From Frigoriflavimonas asaccharolytica (GTDB lineage: Bacteria > Bacteroidota > Bacteroidia > Flavobacteriales > Weeksellaceae), in contig NZ_JABSNO010000003.1 in the NCBI RefSeq assembly GCF_013294015.1, forward strand, positions 78,746 through 142,745: a DNA stretch of 64,000 nt, in the 5' to 3' direction. Position numbers and translations under genes: made by a program. Below are positions 20,968 to 31,220 of the stretch, in pieces. Below the pieces are notes generated by a model. That model was not told the DNA's origin and searched no databases. It was given only the letters and a program-made list of their open reading frames with translations. How positions within the stretch are numbered: position 1 is the stretch's first letter; each line of letters begins with the position of its first letter.

Positions 20968-20996
20968 TACATAAAAAAATCCCTAAAAGTAGGGAT
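20968..20996 (-). terminator. terminator after response regulator gene
   Basis: atccctaaaagtagggat hairpin, followed on the minus strand by a T-run. Confidence 0.5.
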
Positions 20997-21027
20997 GAAG
21001 GAGATTTGAGACTTCGAGATTTAGGGA

Positions 21028-21642
21028 TTACACGTTTTTGTAATACCAAGCAATGGCTTCTCCTAAAGAAGAGATGTGCAATTTTTCGTAGATGTTTTTT
21101 GTATGAGAATTTACTGTGGAATAACTTACACCCAAAAAATCCGCAACCATTTTGTAGCTTTTGCCTTCTGCAAGAGATTTCAGAACTTCTTGCTCTTTTG
21201 GCGTAAGGAATTCCAGATTTTTCTTTGGAGCAAAATACTCCAAAACCTTTTTTGCAATCGCAGGATTGATGGAAGCGCCGCCTTCATAAACTTCTTCTAT
21301 CGCTTGCAAAATTCTGGTGGCAGAATCAGATTTTAAGATGTAACCACTTGCTCCACCAGTAATACTTTTGAAAATTTTATCGCTGTCATCAAATGCAGTT
21401 TGTATCAATACCTTTATCTGTGGAAGATTTGTTTTAATGATTTTCAAACCTTCCAAACCATCTACTTCTGGCATATTAATATCCATCAATACTACATCTG
21501 GCTTAAATTCTTGCATTATGGCAAGTACGTTTGCACAGTTTTCGGCTTCACCAATGTATTCCAAATTTTCGCTCATAGAAATAAGGGCTTTCAAACTTTG
21601 GAGCCTTTCTTTGCTATCATCAAATGCGAAAATTCTAATCAT
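21028..21642 (-). CDS. two-component response regulator, NarL/FixJ (LuxR) family
   Basis: Receiver domain (DDS...VLMDINMP...K) plus C-terminal LuxR HTH (LTPKEQEVLK...GKSYKMVADFLGVSYSTVNSH). Confidence 0.85.
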   Translation of the reverse strand: MIRIFAFDDSKERLQSLKALISMSENLEYIGEAENCANVLAIMQEFKPDVVLMDINMPEVDGLEGLKIIKTNLPQIKVLIQTAFDDSDKIFKSITGGASGYILKSDSATRILQAIEEVYEGGASINPAIAKKVLEYFAPKKNLEFLTPKEQEVLKSLAEGKSYKMVADFLGVSYSTVNSHTKNIYEKLHISSLGEAIAWYYKNV

Positions 21643-21685
21643 TTTTTTACCAGCTAATATTGTACAAAGATATACGGAAAAACAG

Positions 21686-24559
21686 CTATTTTTTCTCCCT
21701 AATTATAGGGATACTTACAATTATCTTAGTTCCATCGTGGTTTATTAATTCAAATGTGCCACCTAATTCTTCGGCTCTTTTTTTCATATTATCAATGCCA
21801 TTTCCTTTTTTTGCAGCCTCAGAGAAACCAATGCCATCATCTTCAATTTCTAACACATAATTGCCCTCTATTTTTTGCAATGTAACGCAGACTTCATTTG
21901 GATGTGCGTGTTTTAGAATATTATTAAAGGCTTCTTTGCAAATTAGTATGATGTTTTTTCGGGTTGCAAAATCTTTTATTTCAGAATCTACACTTCCATC
22001 TAATAACAACCCGTAATGTATATCTGCATTGCCCAATATTTCGCTGGTAATATTTTTTATTCTGGTACTCACAGACATAAATTCATCATTTGAAGGCTTT
22101 AAACTCCAAATGATATCACCTATGTTTTCAGAAATATTTTTTGCTTGAGCTTCTATTTTTTCTAAAATTTTTTTTACTTCAGTTGGGTTTTTATCTAAAT
22201 ATTTCTGAGCTATTGCACTGTTTATCTGCAAACTGCTCAGTGAAGCGCCCAAATCGTCGTGCAGATTGGCTGTAATTTCATTTCTTTGATGTTCTAAAGC
22301 CAATTGTTTTTCAAATGCAATTTTTTGCTTTTCCAATTTTCTTCTGTTGTAATACATAAACAATAAGCCAGAAAAAAGAAAAGTTAGCAAACTCCAAAAT
22401 AATATCGATTGAAAAAACGGCGTTTGAATCTCAAATTTTAATTGAATCTCGCTCTGGTGGATTTCATTATTTTCATCTACTGCTCTTATTTTCAATAGGG
22501 TAGTGCCATTATTTAATTTTAAATTTAAAAAATTACCAGATATATTTAGAAAATTAGAATCATTCACAGAATATTGAAAATTTTTGAAATGCCCAGAAAT
22601 ATCTACTCCTGCAAGTTCTAAAGAATTATTGTTTTGATCGCTTTTTAACTTGAAATTATTGGCTAATGATACTACCTTACCATTTATTTTCAGTTCTATT
22701 AATTTTGGGAAAAGACGATACCGATAGTGGTAATTTCGCTCTGGAATTTTGGATATCCCTACATCTGTTGCAGCGTATACCGTATCATTTTTTACATCTA
22801 AAAAATTGATGGTATTGGAAGATAATCCGTCTGAAGTAGTGAGCTTTGTAATATCTGCATCTGCTTTATTTTTAAAATTCAAAATGGTAATTCCTGTTTT
22901 AGAGGCAATCCAAAGTTTGTTCTTAATGCATAACAAGTAAGAAATATTGATGGGAATTCTAGGATCACCAATAAATTTTTTTAGTATTTTTTTATTCTTG
23001 ACTAGGTATAGATTTCCTTTGTAGGTGCTTATCCAAATTCCCAAATTATCGCCGGCTTCAAAGTATTGTATCCTATCATTTTGCAAAAGAATGTTGGGTA
23101 TAATGAGTTGATATTGGTTTGAAATAATATCATATTCATACAAACCATCATTGGCAGAAAAATAGAAAATTTGGTTGTTTTTTCTTTTTATATTTAAAAT
23201 TCTTTGCTTCGGAAAATTTAATAATGAATACTTTTCAGTAGCAATATCGTATTTCATCAATCCTGCAATAGTGCCCAAAATAAGTGTCTCATTATTCAAT
23301 TTCGCAGATGATTTTAAATTTAATGTAGATTTTGCATCATTTAAAATGGCCAAAGTTTTTTTGAAATTTATATTCAATCCGATATCACTAACAACGATGG
23401 TTTTATCTGGAAAAAAGTGAATGTTTCTAATCCACAAATTATTTTTAAAGGTATGATTAAAAAAATACTGTTTCTCTGTTTTCCCATCTTTCATGTAAAT
23501 TTCACCTTGATAATTACCCGCATATAATTTACCATCATCAGACATTTTTGCACACAAAAAATTGGTGATATCTTTTGCCGCATAATTCACTTTTTTGATG
23601 GTTTTGTGAGTGTAGTACATCAATCCGTTGTTCAAAGTGGCTATCCAAACATTGTTTTGATCGTCTACAAAAGCAGTGTTTACATTGTATTTGTTTTTAA
23701 TAATAGAAAGCAATTTCAAGGTATTTTCATCATATATTAAGATGGTACCATCATTACAAGTGATGCTCAATTTAGTTTTAGAAAATTGAAACCACTTTAC
23801 AGACTGCTCAATTTTTTTATTGGTAATTTCAATTTGAAAATTTTTTATACTTTTTACGTTAAACTTGCATATTTTGTGTGGACTAAATCTATAAATAGAA
23901 TTGTTGTTGAAATAGCTATTGATCACATCATCGGTAAATTCTTCTTTTATAGTACCAATATGCTTATTGTTGATGTAAAATTTGCTTTCAGTAGTTTTTC
24001 TATTATTTACTTTTTTCTCGGTATATATGGTTTCAACAAACTGATTTTTTAGATAAAAGGACAAATTATTTTGGTTTTTGCTTAGTCTTTTTCTATTTTC
24101 AATATATTTATCTTTCACCGTAAAACTGCCTGCATTACTCATGAAAAACAATTCGTTATCTCTGATAGGATATATCGCGTTGAAGAGAGAATTGCTTACA
24201 TCTGCAACAGTTTTGTCTTTTTCTAAGCAAACAAATTGGTTCAACTTAACATCAAAATAGCTAGGAGCTTGCTTGTAGCAAATTGCCCAAATGCTGCCAT
24301 CTTTTTGCTTGATGATTTGAATTACATCATTGGAAGGCAATCCGTTTTTTGTGGTATAATTGATGAATCTTTTCCCATCAAACCGAGAAATTCCATTGTC
24401 TGTGGCTACCCAAATAAAACCTTCATCATCCAACAAACATTGATACACCAAATTGCTTGGCAAACCATCTTTTGTAGAAAAAGAATTGGTGAGATTGTAA
24501 TTTTGGGCATAAAAATTTTGTCCGAAAAACAGAATGTAGAAATAAAACAGATATTTCAA
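21686..24559 (-). CDS. sensor histidine kinase with N-terminal two-component-regulator beta-propeller (Y_Y_Y) domain
   Basis: 957 aa with signal peptide, long propeller-like repeat region and one TM. HisKA_3-like H-box (ANLHDDLGASLSSL) and HATPase_c (KEAFNNILKHAH...EDDGIGF). Confidence 0.8.
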   Translation of the reverse strand: MKYLFYFYILFFGQNFYAQNYNLTNSFSTKDGLPSNLVYQCLLDDEGFIWVATDNGISRFDGKRFINYTTKNGLPSNDVIQIIKQKDGSIWAICYKQAPSYFDVKLNQFVCLEKDKTVADVSNSLFNAIYPIRDNELFFMSNAGSFTVKDKYIENRKRLSKNQNNLSFYLKNQFVETIYTEKKVNNRKTTESKFYINNKHIGTIKEEFTDDVINSYFNNNSIYRFSPHKICKFNVKSIKNFQIEITNKKIEQSVKWFQFSKTKLSITCNDGTILIYDENTLKLLSIIKNKYNVNTAFVDDQNNVWIATLNNGLMYYTHKTIKKVNYAAKDITNFLCAKMSDDGKLYAGNYQGEIYMKDGKTEKQYFFNHTFKNNLWIRNIHFFPDKTIVVSDIGLNINFKKTLAILNDAKSTLNLKSSAKLNNETLILGTIAGLMKYDIATEKYSLLNFPKQRILNIKRKNNQIFYFSANDGLYEYDIISNQYQLIIPNILLQNDRIQYFEAGDNLGIWISTYKGNLYLVKNKKILKKFIGDPRIPINISYLLCIKNKLWIASKTGITILNFKNKADADITKLTTSDGLSSNTINFLDVKNDTVYAATDVGISKIPERNYHYRYRLFPKLIELKINGKVVSLANNFKLKSDQNNNSLELAGVDISGHFKNFQYSVNDSNFLNISGNFLNLKLNNGTTLLKIRAVDENNEIHQSEIQLKFEIQTPFFQSILFWSLLTFLFSGLLFMYYNRRKLEKQKIAFEKQLALEHQRNEITANLHDDLGASLSSLQINSAIAQKYLDKNPTEVKKILEKIEAQAKNISENIGDIIWSLKPSNDEFMSVSTRIKNITSEILGNADIHYGLLLDGSVDSEIKDFATRKNIILICKEAFNNILKHAHPNEVCVTLQKIEGNYVLEIEDDGIGFSEAAKKGNGIDNMKKRAEELGGTFELINHDGTKIIVSIPIIREKK

Positions 24560-24695
24560 TAATTTTTTAATAATCTAAGAAAATTACAGTAAGCTAATGT
24601 ATTACTATTTCAAGATTTATGTATAAATTAATTATTTTTTTTTTTGAATTAAAAAGCATGAATGTTCTCAGAACTTTTTGTAAAAAAATGTCATA

Positions 24696-25598
24696 TTAAG
24701 GAGAATCCATTTGTATTTCTTGCTTCAAAATTTTCAACAATTCTTTTCTAGAAATTCCTTTTTTTGAGGTTATTTTTAAGTTGAGAAGCCGAACATCTTC
24801 TGAAGTATATTTCTTTTTGATAATTGTTTCCGTTAAATGATCTAACCTGAAATTTTGCGCATCTATATTTGTAATGAATCCATCTTTTTCACTAATAGTA
24901 TAAAAAGATTTTCCTTCATCAGTTTCTAAATAGGTTGCTATTATTTCAACTTTGTCAGTTTTGTAATGAAATAATTCTGAATTGTGGTACAAAGAATAGG
25001 AACCAAAAATTAGTAGAAAATTAAAAGCAGTATGAAACAAGACACCATACCAAAAGCCAATTTTTAAACGCAGGTATCCCAATATAATCCCAGTTGAAAT
25101 CTGAGAAAATGTGATGAGTGGAGCACACAAAAAGAATAAAAGTGTTTTCTCATTTTGAAAATTGAAAGCGTGAATAAGACCAAAACAAATAGCAAAACCA
25201 TAGAAATACCAACTATAATTTTTTCGCCAATGATATTCTAATTTATTTTTACCCAATAGTTTATTGATACCTCTAAAAATATAATTATTCTTAAATCTCA
25301 AAGGAAATCGAAAAACAAATTCCTCCCAAAGTGGTGCAAAGACACAACCGAAAAGTAAAATTTCAAGTAGAGAGAATGAACCAAGATCGGCTTCCTTTAA
25401 ATCTAGAATATAATCTGCAAAAGAATAAATCGGGATCACTACCAAAATCCACAAAAATTGCACGACCAATAAAATGGAGAAAATTTTCGCTTTTGTATCG
25501 AAAGATTGCTTTGCAGGTGAAAGTTCTCTCGGGTTTTTAAGAAAACTTATAAATGCTTTAGTTTCTTCTTTGAATTCTAATATTGCTTTATTTATCAT
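24696..25598 (-). CDS. CPBP family intramembrane metalloprotease (CAAX protease/Abi-like) with C-terminal extension
   Basis: Motifs PLWEEFVFRFPL and LFHTAFNF in a polytopic membrane protein. Confidence 0.65.
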   Translation of the reverse strand: MINKAILEFKEETKAFISFLKNPRELSPAKQSFDTKAKIFSILLVVQFLWILVVIPIYSFADYILDLKEADLGSFSLLEILLFGCVFAPLWEEFVFRFPLRFKNNYIFRGINKLLGKNKLEYHWRKNYSWYFYGFAICFGLIHAFNFQNEKTLLFFLCAPLITFSQISTGIILGYLRLKIGFWYGVLFHTAFNFLLIFGSYSLYHNSELFHYKTDKVEIIATYLETDEGKSFYTISEKDGFITNIDAQNFRLDHLTETIIKKKYTSEDVRLLNLKITSKKGISRKELLKILKQEIQMDSP

Positions 25599-25621
25599 AG
25601 TTTACATCAATACTATACAAA

Positions 25622-26128
25622 TTACTGCAATAGATTTTTATACAAAGAATAATTCTCATCATCAAAACACACAAAAATGATGTTTTTAATCGTTTCACTT
25701 TTCCATTGAGTTACTGTTTCAAAAGCAATTTTAGCTGCTTTGTCTTTTGGGAAACCGTAAATTCCTGTACTGATATTAGGAAATGCAATACTTGTCAAAT
25801 TATTTGCTTCTGCTAATTTTAAACATTCTATATAGCAAGATCGTAATTTTTCTTCCTCGTTTGAATTTCCATTATTCCATCTAGGACCAACGGTATGTAT
25901 AATTTTTTCAGCACTTAGATTTCCAGCATTTGTAATTACAGCTTCGCCAACTTTACAGCCACCTTGTTTATTTCTAATTGTGTAGCATTCTTCTAAAATT
26001 TTTGGACCTCCAGCTTTGTGAATTGCTCCATCTACACCACCACCTCCTAGTAAACTAGTGTTTGCTGCATTTACTATTGCGTCAACTTTAATTTTAGTTA
26101 TATCTCCTTTTAGTAATTCAATTTTCAT
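25622..26128 (-). CDS. macro domain protein (O-acetyl-ADP-ribose deacetylase-like)
   Basis: [16 protein letters not shown]...[10 protein letters not shown] macro-domain signature. Confidence 0.8.
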   Translation of the reverse strand: MKIELLKGDITKIKVDAIVNAANTSLLGGGGVDGAIHKAGGPKILEECYTIRNKQGGCKVGEAVITNAGNLSAEKIIHTVGPRWNNGNSNEEEKLRSCYIECLKLAEANNLTSIAFPNISTGIYGFPKDKAAKIAFETVTQWKSETIKNIIFVCFDDENYSLYKNLLQ

Positions 26129-26189
26129 ATCAAGAGGTTTTAAAATTTCTTACGTAAAGTAATTACAAGATTTATTAATTCTCAAATTC

Positions 26190-28979
26190 TCAAATTAACT
26201 TCTCCGCAATATACTTCGCTGTTTTAGATATTTTATTTTTTGCTAAATTTTCTGGCGTACCTTCAAATACGATTACGCCACCATGTTTACCGGCTTCTGG
26301 ACCGAGATCTATCACCCAATCTGCAGATTTTATAATGTCTGGTTGATGCTCAATTACGATTACAGAATGTCCTAATTCTATTAAAGCATTGAAGGAAATT
26401 AGCAACTTTTTGATATCATGAAAATGCAAACCAGTGGAAGGTTCGTCGAAAATAAATAAGACTTTTTCTGCCGTTTTTCCTTTCACCAAAAATGAGGCAA
26501 GTTTCACACGTTGCGCTTCTCCACCAGAAAGTGTGGAAGAACTTTGTCCTAGTTGCAGATAGCCCAAACCAACATCTTGCAAAGGTTGCAATTTCGTGGC
26601 TATTTTATTTTGTTTATTATCATTAAAAAACTCGATAGATTCGTCTACCGTCATGTGCAAAATATCCGAAATATTCTTTTCGTCATATTTAACTTCTAAA
26701 ATTTCTTTTTTGAAACGCGCACCTTTGCAAACTTCGCATTCCAATTCTATATCTGCCATAAATTGCATTGCAACCGTGATAACGCCTTCTCCTTTGCACT
26801 CATCACATCTTCCACCATCTACATTGAAGGAGAAATGTTTGGTTTTGTAGCCCATCATCACAGATAATTTTTGCTTGGCATACAATTCTCGAATATCGTC
26901 GTAGGCTTTCAAATAGGTAACAGGATTGGATCTGGAAGATTTCCCAATAGGATTTTGATCTATTAATTCTATATTTCTCACCAAATTTAATGGAAATTCT
27001 ACAGAATCATAATCCATTTTTTTGCCACCCATTCCCAATTGAATTTGCACTTCTCGGGTCAGAACTTCTTTCATTAAGGTAGATTTTCCACTACCAGAAA
27101 CGCCCGAAATTACAACCAAACATTCCAAAGGAATATTTACATCTACATTTTTAAGATTATTTTCTCTCGCACCTTTTATTTTAATAAATTCTTTGGCTTT
27201 CCTTCTCTTCGTGGGAATTTCTAATTCTAATTTTCCAGTGAGATAGTCGGAGGTTAATGTATTTGCGTTTTTCAATTCATCATAAACTCCAGCAAAAACC
27301 AATTCGCCACCTAAATATCCAGCTTCCGGACCAATATCTATAATGTAATCTGCAGCTTTCATCATATCTTCATCATGTTCTACAACGATGACGGTGTTTC
27401 CAAGATCTCGCAGATTTTTTAAAACTTGGATGAGGTTTTCTGTATCGCGAGAATGCAAACCGATGGAAGGCTCATCAAGAATATAAATACTCCCAACCAA
27501 AGAACTTCCGAGAGATGTTGCTAAATTTATCCGCTGACTTTCCCCACCAGAAAGGGTATTTGACGTTCTGTTGATGCTCAAGTATCCTAGACCAACTTTC
27601 ATCAAGAATTCTAATCTTGTGATGATTTCGTAGAGCAATCTTTTGGCAATTTCTGCATCATGATCCGTTAAATTTAAACCTTTCATCAATGGTAAAAGCT
27701 CGTCCAAAGGCAATTCTACGGTAGATTGTATGTTGTGGCCATCAATTTTTACCCAAGAAGATTCTTCTCGCAAACGCAAACCATCACAGCTATAGCATTT
27801 GGTTTTGCCACGAAATCTGGAAAGCATTACACGGTATTGGATTTTGTATAAATTTTCTTCTACCATTTTGAAGAAATTATCTATAGAAGGAAAATCTTTC
27901 TTGCCATCTCCTTTCCACAAATAGTTTTTTTGCTCTTTAGATAATTCAAAATAGGGTTTGTGTATCGGGAAATCTTTTGCAGCTTTGATGAATTTTCTTT
28001 TCCATTCACTCATAGAGTCGCCTTTCCAAGCGGTAACTGCATCTTCAAAAACGGATAGATTTTTATTTGTAATTACTAAATCTTCATCAATACCAATCAC
28101 TTTTCCGTAGCCTTCGCAAGTTGGGCAAGCTCCTAAAGGATTATTAAAACTGAATAAATGTACGGTTGGTTCTAAAAATTCTTTGCCGTCTAATTCAAAT
28201 TTGTTAGAAAATTCTCGTATTTCATTAGTCTCCATGTTTTTTAGAGAGCAATATCCATGACCTTCGTAGAATGCCATTTGTATAGAATCTGCTAATCTTT
28301 GCTGAAAACTTTCATCTTCTTCATAGTTAAATCTATCGATGACCAGATGAATTTCCATATCTTTTTCTGGCACAAATCCAAAACTTTCTAAATCTTCTAT
28401 TCCGGCTACATTTCCATTTACTTCCAATCTTGTGAAACCTAGCAATTTTAAAGATTTTAAACTTTCTTCAAATTTTTCTGTTTCAAAGACTAAAGGCGTT
28501 CTTAATAAAAAAGAAACATCTTTTCCTGCTTTTTTGATGAAATCCATTACATCAGAAACGGAATCTTTCTTCACTTCCTCGCCAGAAATTGGGGAAAATG
28601 TGTGGCCGATTCTCGCAAAGAGTAACTTCATATAATCGTAGATTTCTGTAGAAGTTCCTACGGTAGAGCGAGGGTTGCTAGAAATAACCTTTTGCTGAAT
28701 AGCGATAGATGGAGCCAAACCCTTGATATCGTCGATTTTCGGTTTTTCTAATTTTCCAAGAAATTGGCGTGCATAAGAACTCAAACTTTCTACGTATCTG
28801 CGTTGTCCTTCTGCATAAATAGTATCAAAAGCGAGGGAAGATTTTCCGCTGCCAGAAACACCTGTGATCACGATTAATTTATTTTTCGGAATAAGTACAT
28901 CTATATTTTTTAAATTATTTAGATGCGCATTTTTTACGAAAAGTTGAGTTTTTATATTGATATTTTCTAGTGTAACCAT
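26190..28979 (-). CDS. uvrA: excinuclease ABC subunit A
   Basis: 929 aa with two ABC ATPase modules (GVSGSGKSSLAFDTIYAEGQRRYVESLS...; second GVSGSGKSTL) and zinc-finger Cys clusters. Confidence 0.9.
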   Translation of the reverse strand: MVTLENINIKTQLFVKNAHLNNLKNIDVLIPKNKLIVITGVSGSGKSSLAFDTIYAEGQRRYVESLSSYARQFLGKLEKPKIDDIKGLAPSIAIQQKVISSNPRSTVGTSTEIYDYMKLLFARIGHTFSPISGEEVKKDSVSDVMDFIKKAGKDVSFLLRTPLVFETEKFEESLKSLKLLGFTRLEVNGNVAGIEDLESFGFVPEKDMEIHLVIDRFNYEEDESFQQRLADSIQMAFYEGHGYCSLKNMETNEIREFSNKFELDGKEFLEPTVHLFSFNNPLGACPTCEGYGKVIGIDEDLVITNKNLSVFEDAVTAWKGDSMSEWKRKFIKAAKDFPIHKPYFELSKEQKNYLWKGDGKKDFPSIDNFFKMVEENLYKIQYRVMLSRFRGKTKCYSCDGLRLREESSWVKIDGHNIQSTVELPLDELLPLMKGLNLTDHDAEIAKRLLYEIITRLEFLMKVGLGYLSINRTSNTLSGGESQRINLATSLGSSLVGSIYILDEPSIGLHSRDTENLIQVLKNLRDLGNTVIVVEHDEDMMKAADYIIDIGPEAGYLGGELVFAGVYDELKNANTLTSDYLTGKLELEIPTKRRKAKEFIKIKGARENNLKNVDVNIPLECLVVISGVSGSGKSTLMKEVLTREVQIQLGMGGKKMDYDSVEFPLNLVRNIELIDQNPIGKSSRSNPVTYLKAYDDIRELYAKQKLSVMMGYKTKHFSFNVDGGRCDECKGEGVITVAMQFMADIELECEVCKGARFKKEILEVKYDEKNISDILHMTVDESIEFFNDNKQNKIATKLQPLQDVGLGYLQLGQSSSTLSGGEAQRVKLASFLVKGKTAEKVLFIFDEPSTGLHFHDIKKLLISFNALIELGHSVIVIEHQPDIIKSADWVIDLGPEAGKHGGVIVFEGTPENLAKNKISKTAKYIAEKLI

Positions 28980-29338
28980 GGTAAAATTAAGACTAACAAA
29001 ATTACGGAAAATATGTGGATTTAATTTGTTGCATTTGGATGAAATCTTTCTTAATAAATGATTTTTCTTATAAAAAATGATGATCGATAACTCTTATTTT
29101 AACTTCTTGTTTTTTATATTTGCGCAAAATTCATTTAAATTTATCTTTTATAATTATCAATAACGGATTTTTTGGCTTGCTATATTTTGAATTCCGACAT
29201 GAGCGAAAGTCTTTTTTTGACCAAATAAAATTGTAAGCAGAAGGCATAAGCAAAATTATAGCGAAGGCATTATTCGAAGGATACAAAACGAAATTCAAGC
29301 TAACCAAAAAATCATATTAGAAATCCTAACTAAAATTT

Positions 29339-31150
29339 ATGCTAAAAAAAATAATTCCAATTTCAGTATTATTATTCTCTTTAAATGCTTATTCTCAAGA
29401 AAAAGAGGTAGCAATTGAGGAAGTACTATTGCATGATAAATTTCTGAACTTGAAATATGAGAATGCCAATGAAAATGTAGTGGTAATAACTAAAAAAGAT
29501 ATAGAAAATTCTCCTGCGCAAAGTATAGACGATCTTTTGCAACAATACGTTGGAATGGATGTAAAAAGACGAGGAGCCAATGGCGTACAAAGTGATATTT
29601 CCATAAGAGGTGGCAGTTTTGAGCAGGTTTTGATCCTATTAAATGGCATCCGAATGAATGATTCTCAAACTGGCCACAATTCATTCAATATTCCTGTAGA
29701 TGTGAGCAATGTAGAACGTATAGAAATTATAAAAGGTCCTGCTGCAAGACGTTTCGGACAGAATGCTTATGCGGGAGTTATCAATATCGTAACGAAAACA
29801 TCTTCTGAAGAAACGATAAAAAGCTCCATAGAAGTTGGTGATTTTAATACTAGAAATTTAACGGCAAGTGGAACTTTTGGTACGGAAAAATTTACAAATT
29901 TAATCCAAGTTAGTTCTGCAAAATCCGATGGCTATAGATATAATACAGATTATGATATTGCGAATTTTTATTATCAAAACCAATATAAACTGAAAAACGG
30001 TAAAATCCTTTTTCAAGGAGGATATTCTGAAAAGAAATTTGGAGCAAATGGATTTTATGCATCACCAAAAGCGACGGAACAATATGAAGAAGTGCAAGCA
30101 TCTGTAGTAAGTTTGGGTTTGGAACAAAAATTTGAAAAATTTAATTTTAATACCAGTATTTCCTGGAGAAGAGGGCAGGATATGTATCTTTTCAATCGAG
30201 AAAAACCGGAAATTTATAGAAATATACACATCGGCAATAATCTGCAGGCAGAGGCAAATGGAAGTTATCAATCTAAATTGGGTACTACAGGATTGGGCGT
30301 AGAATATAGAAAAGAGTTTTTGGTAAGCAATAATCTTGGGGAAAGAGAAAGAGATGTGACGCAACTTTTTTTTGAACATCATTTTTCCCTTTTAAATAAT
30401 AAATTAACGATTTCGCCTGGAATTTCTTGGGCTAATTTTTCTGGAAAAGACAACTTTTTTTATCCAGGTTTAGATGTTGGATATGCTATAAATGATCAAA
30501 ATAAAATTTATGGTAACGTAGCGAAAGTACATAGAATTCCTACGTTTACAGATTTGTATTATGTAAGTGGAACGGAACAAGGAAATCCGGAATTGAACCC
30601 AGAAAGCGCAATTTCTTACGAATTTGGTTACCGCTTTGAAAAAAATAATTGGTTGGCAAAAGCGAGTGTATTTGGAAGAAATTCTGAAGATGCAATAGAT
30701 TTTGTGAAACAAACGCTTGCTGATAAATGGATGGCGGAAAATATTGGAAATATAGACACCAAAGGTTTGGAGGTTGAACTGAAAAAAACGGCAAACAATT
30801 TTATAAAATCATATTCCCTCGGTTACGTATTTCTGGAAAATAGATTGAGTCAAAGTCAACCTTTTTCTAGATATGTTTTAGATAATTTCAAGCATCAGCT
30901 TATTGGTAAATTAGAGAATAAATTTGGTAAATATGTTTCTACTCAATTGATTTATAGATACCAAGAAAGGATGAATAAAGACAGTTATCATCTTCTAGAT
31001 GCAAGAGTAAACCTGGATTATAAAGATGTAACGCTATTTGTATTGGTAAATAATGTAACCAACACCAAATATACAGAAGCTTTTGGAGTTCCGATGCCAA
31101 ATAGATGGTTTCATGTTGGGGTTTCTTATGAAATTCAATTTAAAAAATAA
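29339..31150 (+). CDS. TonB-dependent receptor (small, ~600 aa)
   Basis: Signal peptide, plug-domain motif (DISIRGGSFEQVLILLNGIRMND) and a C-terminal barrel ending in aromatic residue F. Confidence 0.8.
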   Translation: MLKKIIPISVLLFSLNAYSQEKEVAIEEVLLHDKFLNLKYENANENVVVITKKDIENSPAQSIDDLLQQYVGMDVKRRGANGVQSDISIRGGSFEQVLILLNGIRMNDSQTGHNSFNIPVDVSNVERIEIIKGPAARRFGQNAYAGVINIVTKTSSEETIKSSIEVGDFNTRNLTASGTFGTEKFTNLIQVSSAKSDGYRYNTDYDIANFYYQNQYKLKNGKILFQGGYSEKKFGANGFYASPKATEQYEEVQASVVSLGLEQKFEKFNFNTSISWRRGQDMYLFNREKPEIYRNIHIGNNLQAEANGSYQSKLGTTGLGVEYRKEFLVSNNLGERERDVTQLFFEHHFSLLNNKLTISPGISWANFSGKDNFFYPGLDVGYAINDQNKIYGNVAKVHRIPTFTDLYYVSGTEQGNPELNPESAISYEFGYRFEKNNWLAKASVFGRNSEDAIDFVKQTLADKWMAENIGNIDTKGLEVELKKTANNFIKSYSLGYVFLENRLSQSQPFSRYVLDNFKHQLIGKLENKFGKYVSTQLIYRYQERMNKDSYHLLDARVNLDYKDVTLFVLVNNVTNTKYTEAFGVPMPNRWFHVGVSYEIQFKK

Positions 31151-31164
31151 AATTCAATTTTTCA

Positions 31165-31202
31165 TAAAAAAAAGAGCAATAATTAATTTGCTCTTTTTTT
31201 AT
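31165..31202. terminator. bidirectional terminator between convergent genes
   Basis: aaagagcaa...ttgctcttt hairpin flanked by A-run and T-run. Confidence 0.55.
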
Positions 31203-31220
31203 ATTTTATTTAAATAATTA

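Noticed and set aside
28980-29338. Cobalamin or other riboswitch upstream of the small TonB-dependent receptor
   Set aside because: No B12-box (GCCACTG-like) or other recognisable riboswitch core seen by eye. Left as a low-interest note only.
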